From a virus, in IMG/VR virus record IMGVR_UViG_3300005253_000487, positions 24,001 to 88,000 of that record: a stretch of DNA of 64,000 nucleotides. One strand, 5' to 3'. Below the pieces are notes generated by a model. It was not told where the DNA came from, searched no databases, and was given only the letters and a program-made list of their open reading frames with translations. The translations under genes and the position numbers were made by a program. Positions 31,239-39,867 of the stretch are shown piece by piece. Positions within the stretch are counted from its first letter, which is position 1, and every line of letters begins with the position of its first letter.

Positions 31239-31787
31239 ATGGCTGATCGAATTGGGAAACTGTGCGACGATTGTCAGAAATGCGGCGAGGAGAAGGTGAT
31301 CGGACTTTGCAGTTGCCCGGTGATGTATATGGTGGTTGGGACGTTCGAGAGCGGCTATATCGAGGATGATGTTGTACTGCCGCGGTTTGGCTGGGAAATC
31401 TTTGCCGACTACCACGAAGATACCGATCGCCTGGTGCAGCTGAATTTGACCCGTGTGGAATTGTGTGGGTGCTGTTGGGTCAAACGGCTCTCGCGACCCA
31501 AGGCGCTCGAGGAGGTCACGGGGGCACAATACTGTGTGGAGCGGAGGGCGGCTTACTGGAAAGCGAATCCGGCGGCGGCGAAAGCAAAGGCGGAGAGAGA
31601 AGCGGCGGCGGAGGCGGAGGTGGAGAGGGTGGAGGCGCATAGGGTGGCAGTGGCGAGGGCGGCAGCAATGGCAGAGTTGGAAAAAGAGGCGTACGCCGAA
31701 GCACGCGAGCGGGTGGCGCTGGAGGCAGCGACAGAGGAGTCTACAGAGGGAGGAGACGATGGCACGGAAGATCAAGGCGACGGTTGA
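31239..31787 (+). CDS. Cys-rich hypothetical protein with Glu/Ala-rich helix
   Basis: CDDCQKC, CSC, CGCC. Confidence 0.55.
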   Translation: MADRIGKLCDDCQKCGEEKVIGLCSCPVMYMVVGTFESGYIEDDVVLPRFGWEIFADYHEDTDRLVQLNLTRVELCGCCWVKRLSRPKALEEVTGAQYCVERRAAYWKANPAAAKAKAEREAAAEAEVERVEAHRVAVARAAAMAELEKEAYAEARERVALEAATEESTEGGDDGTEDQGDG

Positions 31788-32022
31788 GACGAACGACGGC
31801 GCCGGCCCGCGCGATGTCGTACACTGCGAGGCGTGTGGTCGGGATGTTGTTATAGATGTTGATGGAAGCCCTGTTGGTTGTGAAATAGACCGCCGCACAA
31901 AGCTACGTGCTCTAGTGGACCGTGGTAAGTATCATCTGCAAAAGGATCTCACTTGCCTAGAATCTGCACTACCTGCGCATTGTGAAACGTGTGATTTTAA
32001 AGAAGGCGAAGAAGAGGGATAA
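31759..32022 (+). CDS. small Zn-finger-like protein
   Basis: GGAGGAG RBS; CEAC...C...C...CETC. Confidence 0.55.
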   Translation: MARKIKATVETNDGAGPRDVVHCEACGRDVVIDVDGSPVGCEIDRRTKLRALVDRGKYHLQKDLTCLESALPAHCETCDFKEGEEEG

Positions 32023-32075
32023 CTATTCCGTGGGGGGTCCTTAATGCGCCTGCACAGTCTGGGGGGAAGTGAAAA

Positions 32076-32420
32076 ATGAGCACAGCAAACGAACAGTGGT
32101 GGGAACGCCTCGGTCGTATGATAGGTGGCTGGGCACTCGCGCTTCTTGTGATTTGGAAGTATCCTGTGCCACCTGATGGTATTGAGTTCATGGAAGCCAC
32201 GGTGCGGTGGGGCTTCCTTGCCTCACTCATCGCCTTGGGTGTCGGCATGGCGCACAGTACTGTCTTTGGTATTGTGTTGGGTTATATGGGCCGTTGGTAT
32301 TCTTTCTTGCGCCGGGGTAAGCGTAACGGTGGACCCGTGGCGCCCACATCTGTAGAGGAAGGCACGCGTGTCCAATCTGCTGTTACAGGCAGTGACAAGA
32401 AACAACGAGGGAGCAAATGA
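32076..32420 (+). CDS. holin (putative)
   Basis: 2-3 TM segments, basic C-terminus, coupled to endolysin. Confidence 0.65.
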   Translation: MSTANEQWWERLGRMIGGWALALLVIWKYPVPPDGIEFMEATVRWGFLASLIALGVGMAHSTVFGIVLGYMGRWYSFLRRGKRNGGPVAPTSVEEGTRVQSAVTGSDKKQRGSK

Positions 32421-32995
32421 CACCTCCGACAATCATAGAGCAGCTGGTCGAGTGGCATGGTATTCGTCATCGCAACGTCGAAGGCATTGTGACGCACGCG
32501 ATGGGTGAGTATATCGTCGTGCCAGGTAAAGGGACCTTCCATGCTACGGAATTCCTCGAACGCTCCCCGGAGCTGGTTGGGAAGACGCTATCGGCACATT
32601 GTCTTGGGCAGCCCAACGGTGAGATTGTTCGCCTGGTGCCTGATGATAGACTTGCCTGGCACGCAGGTGAGTCGCGCTTGGGTGACTTGATTGGGTTGAA
32701 CAAAACATTCCTTGGGTACGAGTGGTTGGTGCCCGGAGAGTGGCACATTACAGCGTTCAACGACGCCATGCGAACAGGGAAGGCGCAGTTTACGCCCGAG
32801 CAGTATGAGAGTGGTGGATGGCAATACGCTCAGTGGATGAACGCCTACGATTTTGGGAGGCACCGTGTAGTAACGCACGCGCAGGTCGCCGGTGATGATG
32901 TGCGTGGACCTGGTCGGGGGAAGCTAGACCCCGGCGTTGGTTTCAACCAAGGGCGCTTGTCCATTGCCATTGACCGTATACGTGCAAACGATTAG
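32417..32995 (+). CDS. endolysin, N-acetylmuramoyl-L-alanine amidase (Amidase_2/AmpD-like)
   Basis: IVTH, SAH, AWHAGES, VVTHAQVA, KLDPG. Confidence 0.9.
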   Translation: MTPPTIIEQLVEWHGIRHRNVEGIVTHAMGEYIVVPGKGTFHATEFLERSPELVGKTLSAHCLGQPNGEIVRLVPDDRLAWHAGESRLGDLIGLNKTFLGYEWLVPGEWHITAFNDAMRTGKAQFTPEQYESGGWQYAQWMNAYDFGRHRVVTHAQVAGDDVRGPGRGKLDPGVGFNQGRLSIAIDRIRAND

Positions 32996-33003
32996 GAGGT
33001 AAC

Positions 33004-33747
33004 ATGACAGGGCAACAAAAGGTCATCGTTGGGTTCACTATCGTGCTCGTGCTTCTAAGCACAGTGCTGGGTCTCGCGCTTCGTGCCAAGCAACGTGCAG
33101 AACGTGACCTGGATGTTGCTGTAGCTAACACCGCGGCGGCCCAGACGGCACAGCTACGCATGGAGGAGGAGGGTCGGGCAACGGTCCTTCGGTTGCAGCT
33201 ACAGCACGACTCGGACAGCATTGCACAATTGGCGCTCGCTAATGTATCGGCAGCACTCCTGCGGATGAATGATTCCTTGGGTGTGCAGGTCAAGGCGTTG
33301 ACGGAGGTGAAGGTAACGTTCGAAGCGCGGATGCAAGAGTTTGATGAAGCGTTAGTAGAGATGGCGGACGCGGTAACGCCGCAAGGGGATACGGTGCGGA
33401 TAGCAGCCTTCGTAGAAGAGGGGCCGCCCGTGGAAGGTGAGATCGTGGTCGAGGTACCCAAGAACCCCGCCGCTCCCATCATGTTGACGACAGTGCTGCG
33501 GCCCACGCCATGGGACGCCACGCTTCAGTTAGGCTGTACGAAAGACAACGTAGCCAGCTTTGCATTAGACTCCCCGGACTGGGTCCCGTTAACAATTGAG
33601 TTAGGTGTAGTAGACCAGGAAGTGTGCCTGCCCCTCGCCAACACTACCTTCGCGGGCAAGTTGTTCAGCCTGGACGTGTCGAAGGTAGTGTGGGCAGGCG
33701 CCGGAGGGTTAGTGGCCCTATTACTCCTTGGCACGTTGGGTAATTAG
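33004..33747 (+). CDS. spanin-like protein (N-terminal TM, coiled coil, C-terminal hydrophobic segment)
   Basis: Directly after endolysin; AGGAGG RBS. Confidence 0.55.
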   Translation: MTGQQKVIVGFTIVLVLLSTVLGLALRAKQRAERDLDVAVANTAAAQTAQLRMEEEGRATVLRLQLQHDSDSIAQLALANVSAALLRMNDSLGVQVKALTEVKVTFEARMQEFDEALVEMADAVTPQGDTVRIAAFVEEGPPVEGEIVVEVPKNPAAPIMLTTVLRPTPWDATLQLGCTKDNVASFALDSPDWVPLTIELGVVDQEVCLPLANTTFAGKLFSLDVSKVVWAGAGGLVALLLLGTLGN

Positions 33748-33751
33748 AGCG

Positions 33752-34177
33752 CTACCGGTGGGTGCTAACAATGGACCGGCCCATACGCGTAGTGGTTGCT
33801 CCACGGGGTATGGGCGTGTCGTCCGTGCCCGCCACCATCAACTTACCATTAAGGAAGAACACCGCGCATTTATAACGCGGGTGTCTGTCTGATAGTAATG
33901 CGTACCAATACAAGCCAGGCTTCGTTGGCGGTGTTGCTGTCCATCTGGGTGTCCTAGTCCTAGCTGGCGGTATTGCTGCCTCACTTGTGTAACCATCTAA
34001 GCGTAAGGCTTCCTCGAGGTCGTCTGAGAATTCTGCGTCCACGGGTCGACGCCACACAGCATAGGTGGCTAGAATATCCTGGGCCATGGGATCCTTAGTA
34101 CTCAGTGGTACCTTACCCGCGGGACATCCTGGATACTTGTCACTCTTAAACTCGCCGTTGACTAAATGTGCGCCCAT
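33752..34177 (-). CDS. hypothetical protein (possible frameshift near 3' end)
   Basis: WT..PPTKPGLYWY motif. Confidence 0.55.
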   Translation of the reverse strand: MGAHLVNGEFKSDKYPGCPAGKVPLSTKDPMAQDILATYAVWRRPVDAEFSDDLEEALRLDGYTSEAAIPPARTRTPRWTATPPTKPGLYWYALLSDRHPRYKCAVFFLNGKLMVAGTDDTPIPRGATTTRMGRSIVSTHR

Positions 34178-34180
34178 GAA

Positions 34181-34432
34181 TTACTCTCCAGGCTTATGGT
34201 CAATACAGTAACAACAATACTTCCCAATCTGTGCCACGGATACGTCACACACGATACACCAACGCTTTCCTATGCGTGCTACCTCACGCGTGTGATAGAC
34301 CTTACCTTCAGGTAGCCTACGGTGACAGAATTTGCACAGGGTATAGAGTGTGGGGTTGTCTGGTAGCTCTACTGCATTGCTCTCCTCCAGCTTGCACCTT
34401 GCACAGATCACCGAGGCGCCCCCGCGGACCAT
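34181..34432 (-). CDS. small Cys-rich Zn-finger protein
   Basis: Four CxxC pairs. Confidence 0.5.
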   Translation of the reverse strand: MVRGGASVICARCKLEESNAVELPDNPTLYTLCKFCHRRLPEGKVYHTREVARIGKRWCIVCDVSVAQIGKYCCYCIDHKPGE

Positions 34433-34526
34433 AGCTTAAATCCAAGGAACCCCCCATATAGCGCGGCATTGGACGCGGGTGGGGGGAACACACTGTAGAT
34501 GTACTGTACATGGGAAGCGCATGGGT

Positions 34527-34682
34527 TCACGCTTCCCAACCGTACCAGAACGTTCGGCCGAACAATGCAAACCAACGTTCCCATTGACGAGCATGACGAG
34601 TGAACCCAACCCCAAAGAACTTGCCCCAACCATTGGTCCTTTCAACCTCATTGTGGAAACGAGACCCGGCGTAGAAACCCAT
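34527..34682 (-). CDS. small aromatic-rich protein
   Basis: ATG 2 nt after queD stop; MGFYAGSRF...WEA*. Confidence 0.35.
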   Translation of the reverse strand: MGFYAGSRFHNEVERTNGWGKFFGVGFTRHARQWERWFALFGRTFWYGWEA

Positions 34683-34684
34683 TG

Positions 34685-35188
34685 CTACTCCGCGGGGATC
34701 AAATACGTGGCTGTGCAATTGGGCGTTTCCCACACCTCGACAGACGTGAGGCGTGCGCCCTTGATGGTTGTGTTGAGCGCCGTGTGCAAGGGGCCGGCGA
34801 TCAGACCTGCCCAATACTTCGCCAACTCCTCGGCGGTCGGGATGCATGGGACGGGTACAATACTGTTTCCTAGAAGGGCAACCCTCCTGTCGAGGTAGCT
34901 CACCAGTCGGTCTTCAGGATGTCTTGCCATTACTAATGGGTCAAGCTCCCATAGCATGAAGCAGTGATCAAACTTGGCATGAATGTGTTCCATCATTACG
35001 CGTTTGATGGCGCCGAAGTCTATTATCATACCACTGTCAGGTGCGTTGGTGCTGGGCGACACAAGACTGAGTGCGGACACGCTGGCGATGATCTTGTAGC
35101 GATGCCCATGTAGGTGTCGGCACCGGGAGTCGTGGAAAGGAACGCGGTGCCCAGCGTCGATCTCAATTGTGCGACGGACGACGTACAT
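34685..35188 (-). CDS. queD: 6-carboxytetrahydropterin synthase
   Basis: DAGHR, CRHLHGHRY, IDFG.IK, FDH, PTAE.LA, VWETP; AAGGAG RBS before ATG 35188. Confidence 0.92.
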   Translation of the reverse strand: MYVVRRTIEIDAGHRVPFHDSRCRHLHGHRYKIIASVSALSLVSPSTNAPDSGMIIDFGAIKRVMMEHIHAKFDHCFMLWELDPLVMARHPEDRLVSYLDRRVALLGNSIVPVPCIPTAEELAKYWAGLIAGPLHTALNTTIKGARLTSVEVWETPNCTATYLIPAE

Positions 35189-35204
35189 GAATGCTCCTTT
35201 TGTG

Positions 35205-35768
35205 TTATGTGACATCAAACATGTCTGGGACACTAGGTAGTCTGTCAAACAATTCATCTGGTGTGTAGTACTCCAGTAACAAGTCGAGGCGGATGATACC
35301 GAAACCCATCGTCTCATCACGATACGTAATGAGGCGGCCTAGTGTTGGACGGTATGCCCACAATGCTTCTGCCAGCCACGTGGGCATGATTGCTAGAACG
35401 GGGCGCACGTTTTGTCTGCAGATGAGGAGTGGGATAAACGTGTTGGAAAGCTTCGCTGCTTCCGCCTCCAACTTGCGCCACCAACCACGGATGTTCTGTG
35501 CGGGTTTCATGGTGTAGAGTTCCCACAGCAGATCGCCCTTTCGATGTTTGCATTCCACAATGAAGCGTCGACGGAACTTCTCCCCCTCAGGTCCATTAGG
35601 CGCAAGGTCTCCAGCTTGTCTCCACTCCTCACCTGCCGCCCACCCTCCACTTAGTCTTGTTGGGATGAGTTGCTTGGCATCCTCCCCATAGGTAAGCCAC
35701 TTGGATAGCTGACGCCCAATGAAATTCTCGAAGCGATTGCCTTTAGACTTGCCCCGTCCTGGTTTCAT
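35205..35768 (-). CDS. PD-(D/E)XK nuclease, Holliday junction resolvase-like
   Basis: KSKGNRFE, GDL, IVECK. Confidence 0.75.
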   Translation of the reverse strand: MKPGRGKSKGNRFENFIGRQLSKWLTYGEDAKQLIPTRLSGGWAAGEEWRQAGDLAPNGPEGEKFRRRFIVECKHRKGDLLWELYTMKPAQNIRGWWRKLEAEAAKLSNTFIPLLICRQNVRPVLAIMPTWLAEALWAYRPTLGRLITYRDETMGFGIIRLDLLLEYYTPDELFDRLPSVPDMFDVT

Positions 35769-35924
35769 ATCGTGTCCTTGTAACCACAGTCACAGAAGTC
35801 ACGGCCGCTTCCATTGTTCACGCCCATCAACTTCTCCCGCGTACCAGCGTGCCGTACACCAACGATGGGGCGGGTCGGCAAAGCATTCGCCATAAACAAT
35901 GCCACCAAATCTTAATAATGGTTT

Positions 35925-36380
35925 TCACACTACCCCATCACTTTCACGTACGACGTAAGGCCACACGTTGCCAACAAGACCGTCTGGGCCTTGCAGCGCC
36001 ATGGGGATGAGCCAGCGGAGGTTGGGCATGATGGGCCAATTGTGCAGCACCTTGATAGGCGTCCAGAGTACCTGTTCGTCCGTCATGCTACGAATGTTGA
36101 CCTGAGCAAATGAACGGTAGAAGTGGACTACTCCTTGCGTCTCATGTCCTGTATCATGGATGGTGCAGAAATGTTCCCAGTCTATAACGTCTGCCTCGGC
36201 TTCCTCGCGGAACTCTCGGCGCATGGCTTCGAGTCCAGACTCCCCGGGTTCTATCTTCCCGCCTATACCGTTACGATGCCCTGCCTGCCACTCGGGATGG
36301 TTTTTGGTAATGAGAACAACCCGTGCGTCGTGTAACGGGCTGTCGAATAGGAAGCCGACGACGTACTCGATAGTCTTCAT
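35925..36380 (-). CDS. NUDIX hydrolase
   Basis: GGKIEPGESGLEAMRREFREE Nudix box. Confidence 0.9.
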   Translation of the reverse strand: MKTIEYVVGFLFDSPLHDARVVLITKNHPEWQAGHRNGIGGKIEPGESGLEAMRREFREEAEADVIDWEHFCTIHDTGHETQGVVHFYRSFAQVNIRSMTDEQVLWTPIKVLHNWPIMPNLRWLIPMALQGPDGLVGNVWPYVVRESDGVV

Positions 36381-37285
36381 ACAGCAATGTCTGCCTTGAT
36401 GGGTGGGTGTGGATTGTAATTGTGCAGGATGATGTCCGTGGCTGTGAAGTCGTCAATCTGTTCCACGTTCACGTTCAGGGACACCTTGGGCAATTGCCTA
36501 CTTCCGCGCTCGATTTGTGTCTCCGCTTGTTCAAAATGATTGTGGTAGAGATGCACATCTCCGAATGAGATGGTCAATGTGTTAGCCTTCAGCCCTGTCA
36601 CACGCGCCACCATCATTGTTAGCAGTGCATAGCTGGCAATGTTGAAGGGGACACCGAGGAATACGTCGGCGCTCCGCATATACATATGGCAATTGAGGTA
36701 GACGGGGTGTGGTCCGCCAGCCTGATACGCGTCCGCGGCCTCTGGTGACACTAGCACTGCGGCCCTCATGCGTTCCTCTTCGTGTGCAACTCCAGGGGTT
36801 ACTTGGAATTGGAAGAGTAGATGGCAGGGTGGTAGACCCATCCGTGGGATGAGTGGAACGTTCCATGCATTGACAATGAGTCTGCGGGACCATGGATTGT
36901 TTTTGATCTCATCGATTACTTGTGCAAGTTGGTCAATGCCTTCTTGCCTCCCCACGGTGTAGTCAGGCCAATGCCTCCATTGATAACCGTAGACTGGTCC
37001 AACATTGCCAACATTGTCTGCCCACTCATCCCAAATACGGACGCCCTTGTCTTGTAGGGATGTGATGTTCTGCTCCCCGCGGATGAACCACAGCAACTCC
37101 TCGACGACGCCCTTCCACCAAACCTTCTTGGTGGTGAGGAGTGGGAAGTTGTTGCCAATGTGGGTGAGGTTTAACTGTTCGCCGAAGAGGGATCGGCGCC
37201 CGGTACCCGTGCGGTCGGGCATGTCGTAACCGCGACTCATGATCCGGCGGATAAGATAGAGGTATCCTTGGTCAGCATAATTCAT
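36377..37285 (-). CDS. thyA: thymidylate synthase
   Basis: DRTGTG, PLLTTK, IWDEW, LPPCH, RSAD.FLG.PFN, HLY. Confidence 0.95.
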   Translation of the reverse strand: MNYADQGYLYLIRRIMSRGYDMPDRTGTGRRSLFGEQLNLTHIGNNFPLLTTKKVWWKGVVEELLWFIRGEQNITSLQDKGVRIWDEWADNVGNVGPVYGYQWRHWPDYTVGRQEGIDQLAQVIDEIKNNPWSRRLIVNAWNVPLIPRMGLPPCHLLFQFQVTPGVAHEEERMRAAVLVSPEAADAYQAGGPHPVYLNCHMYMRSADVFLGVPFNIASYALLTMMVARVTGLKANTLTISFGDVHLYHNHFEQAETQIERGSRQLPKVSLNVNVEQIDDFTATDIILHNYNPHPPIKADIAV

Positions 37286-38439
37286 GATACGTCTTCCTTG
37301 AAATGTTGTCGTGTAGGATTAAATGTGCGTTTGAGGCGGGAGGTGCCGAAACGGGTTAGCACGTCATCCACTACTGTACCTCCCCATGTTGCAAACTCAT
37401 TTACCGTAATCTCTTCTTGACCTTGTTTGCCAAGTAATGTGGCATGGTGACCTGTAGTTGTCTCTTCATGTCCTTCCGTAGCAACAGCGATGATAGTAAA
37501 GTCTTGTGCCACGCTAAGGATGGGCTGCCTCTTGCCATGTAGTAGTACGTAGCCTTGCTCAGGGTCATGTAAGTGATCCCGCCGCCGCCCAAGTCTTTGT
37601 GGCACACCGTCTGCATATCCAATCCCAAGGACGGCGATGCGGACGCGTTGTTGTAGGTAGGGTGCGTGGTTGTAATAGCCTACCCACTCCCCCCCTTCTG
37701 CTTCGTGCACACTAACGACGCGAGCGTTGACAGACATAACAGGCCACGGTTTTGGAATCTCAGGGCTGGGCCGTCCGCCGTATAAAAACGAACCTGGGCG
37801 TACAAGGTTGCATTCCCGTAGCGCTGGAGCACGCCATACGCCCGCGCTGTTGGCGATGTGGAGGTAGTGGGGCAGTGGCTTGAGATGTTCTAGCGCTAAC
37901 TCGAAGTAAGAGGCTTGGTGTGTTGTGATGCCGTGGTTGCAATCCGCCGCCGCAAGATGAGTGAATGCCCCATCACAGTGTTGGGCAGCGCACACGGCCA
38001 ACTTCCGCTTGTCTTTCCAGTGGATGCCGTTGCGGTTAAGTCCGGTGTCAATCTCGATGTGGAACGGCAGTCCTTTGTGCCACACCATAGCAACCGCAGG
38101 GTCGTCTATTACAGCCCGGAGCTTCCAGTGTGCGTAGGTGTCTAGGTTGGCAGGGACGGCGGGTGTTAGGACGAGGATGGGATCGTGGACGTAATGCCGC
38201 AGTACAATCCCTTCGTCTAACGTTGCTACACCATAACCCCATACTGGGCCGAAGCTGTTGGAGAGTGCTCTGGCAACCTCCTGCGCGCCGCAGCCGTAGG
38301 CATCTGCTTTGACCATAACAAGGAGTTGTATGTCAACCTTCCCGCGCTCTTCTGCTACCGCGTGGAGTATCTTGGCGTTGGCAACAACGTTGCCTATGTC
38401 GATGGACACCCACGCCTGTGGCCATGCTTGGTGCATCAT
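37282..38439 (-). CDS. alr: alanine racemase-family PLP enzyme (divergent substrate pocket)
   Basis: VKADAYG, GVATLDEG, IDTG..R.G, THLA.AD, ANSAG, VRPG, VGY, GYADG. Confidence 0.88.
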   Translation of the reverse strand: MMHQAWPQAWVSIDIGNVVANAKILHAVAEERGKVDIQLLVMVKADAYGCGAQEVARALSNSFGPVWGYGVATLDEGIVLRHYVHDPILVLTPAVPANLDTYAHWKLRAVIDDPAVAMVWHKGLPFHIEIDTGLNRNGIHWKDKRKLAVCAAQHCDGAFTHLAAADCNHGITTHQASYFELALEHLKPLPHYLHIANSAGVWRAPALRECNLVRPGSFLYGGRPSPEIPKPWPVMSVNARVVSVHEAEGGEWVGYYNHAPYLQQRVRIAVLGIGYADGVPQRLGRRRDHLHDPEQGYVLLHGKRQPILSVAQDFTIIAVATEGHEETTTGHHATLLGKQGQEEITVNEFATWGGTVVDDVLTRFGTSRLKRTFNPTRQHFKEDVS

Positions 38440-39425
38440 AATCCGTGTCCGTGCAACAGTGCCTCCCGCTGTTCACGGAACTCTTGTTGGAACAAAGCAT
38501 ACCCAAGCCCAACATCCCACAGTGCTAGGCCCATGGGGTTCACGATGATGGGATATTTATACTGGAGCTTGGGGTTGACGTCAGAGAACTGTGTGACGTT
38601 GGGCGTGAGTGTTGTTTGCGCTTGCCACGCGTCGTGGTAAGGTGTGTGCTGCGACGCGGCGAATTCCAAATCGTCTACCACGATCCACTTGAACCGATTG
38701 AAGAACCCAGGCGTTACGTCCCGCAAGGATGTATTGATCCATAGGAAGGCATCGAACTTGACATCTGTGGGTACCCACTGTCCTGCGCCCGCAGTGGCAA
38801 GGGAAACAATGTTCGCTACATCTACAACCTCCTGCCACGTATCGAAACAATTGGCCTGTTGGCATTGTTCTACGAAGCGTTGCGCCCGTTCCTTATCGGG
38901 ATCGTAGACAAAGAGTTGCGTGTTAGGCCAAAGTTGGTTGATGTAATGTGCCTGCCACTCATGTACGCGCCCAGCTCCAATGAGTGCGATAGCCGGGGGA
39001 GGGACGCCTCGGCAGAATTCCAAGATGGTCATGATAGCAAAGCCCGCCGTGCGTGCATTGCTCAGGTCCGTGCCGTCGAAGACCAGCAGAGGTAATCCTG
39101 TGTGGGCGCAATTCAAAATCGTTATCGCTTGTCCACGGGGTAACCCACGGGAAGTGTTTGGTGGATGGGACGAAACCCACTTCGCACCGAACACTCCTTC
39201 GGGTTCATCTGGATGCCCAACCCACGCGGACATAGTGATGGCGCGTGAGAAGCCAAAGCCCCCGGTCGTTTCCGGGTGACTAAGGTAACCCTCTTCGCCG
39301 AGGCGCGCCTCACCCGTTCGCTGTAAGGCGAGGAGGAGTTCCATCTGCTTCACCATCCAATGGGCATCCCGCAGGTTGACATACTCCGGCGTCCCTGGGG
39401 CCATCGAAACCCATTTGACGTTCAT
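38436..39425 (-). CDS. sbnB: ornithine cyclodeaminase/mu-crystallin family, SbnB-like
   Basis: GAKWVSSHPPN..RGLPR..A..ILN...TG.P....G..LS.ARTA; IGAG; NTSLRD; NPMGLA..D. Confidence 0.82.
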   Translation of the reverse strand: MNVKWVSMAPGTPEYVNLRDAHWMVKQMELLLALQRTGEARLGEEGYLSHPETTGGFGFSRAITMSAWVGHPDEPEGVFGAKWVSSHPPNTSRGLPRGQAITILNCAHTGLPLLVFDGTDLSNARTAGFAIMTILEFCRGVPPPAIALIGAGRVHEWQAHYINQLWPNTQLFVYDPDKERAQRFVEQCQQANCFDTWQEVVDVANIVSLATAGAGQWVPTDVKFDAFLWINTSLRDVTPGFFNRFKWIVVDDLEFAASQHTPYHDAWQAQTTLTPNVTQFSDVNPKLQYKYPIIVNPMGLALWDVGLGYALFQQEFREQREALLHGHGL

Positions 39426-39442
39426 GGTCTATGCTCCGTGCG

Positions 39443-39655
39443 TCAATCCACCATTGCTGTGGCACACGCACGGGCTTCATCAATCTTCCCGCCGTCCATA
39501 TCATCCTCAGGCCTTCCGTGCAACTGACGCAGGTTGGCCCACAACTCAACTAAGGCTGGGGCATGTGGGTCGCGCGCGAGTAAGATGAACATGGGTTCAT
39601 CTGGTTCTGCTTTGTCGTAGCAGTCGTTTGGTGTGGGGTTATTCTTCGTTCCCAT
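39443..39655 (-). CDS. hypothetical phage protein
   Basis: AEPDEPMFILLARD motif. Confidence 0.6.
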   Translation of the reverse strand: MGTKNNPTPNDCYDKAEPDEPMFILLARDPHAPALVELWANLRQLHGRPEDDMDGGKIDEARACATAMVD

Positions 39656-39657
39656 TA

Positions 39658-39867
39658 TCACTGCCCCCAGGCAGTGGCATTTGCTGCAGAGCCACGTTCT
39701 GTATCATACCAGTCAGTGACAGCGCTTTGGGCAGCGTTGAGTGCGTTAAGTGCATCTGTCTGACGAGACCGTGCAAGGCTTGCCGTCTGCGCCGCTGCCT
39801 CATAGTCGCTCTGCGCGTCAACCAATTCGGCGGCGAGTGTGGCGATGGACTTCTTATCATCTGTCAT
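39658..39867 (-). CDS. small coiled-coil protein
   Basis: ATGA overlap with the sbnA-like stop. Confidence 0.5.
   Translation of the reverse strand: MTDDKKSIATLAAELVDAQSDYEAAAQTASLARSRQTDALNALNAAQSAVTDWYDTERGSAANATAWGQ

Noticed and set aside
36377-37285. ThyA as a dCMP/dUMP hydroxymethylase for pyrimidine hypermodification
   Set aside because: Motifs are canonical, including the dUMP-specifying Asn in PFN. The ~30-aa insert after FQFQV is at a commonly variable site, and no hmU-kinase partners were recognised.
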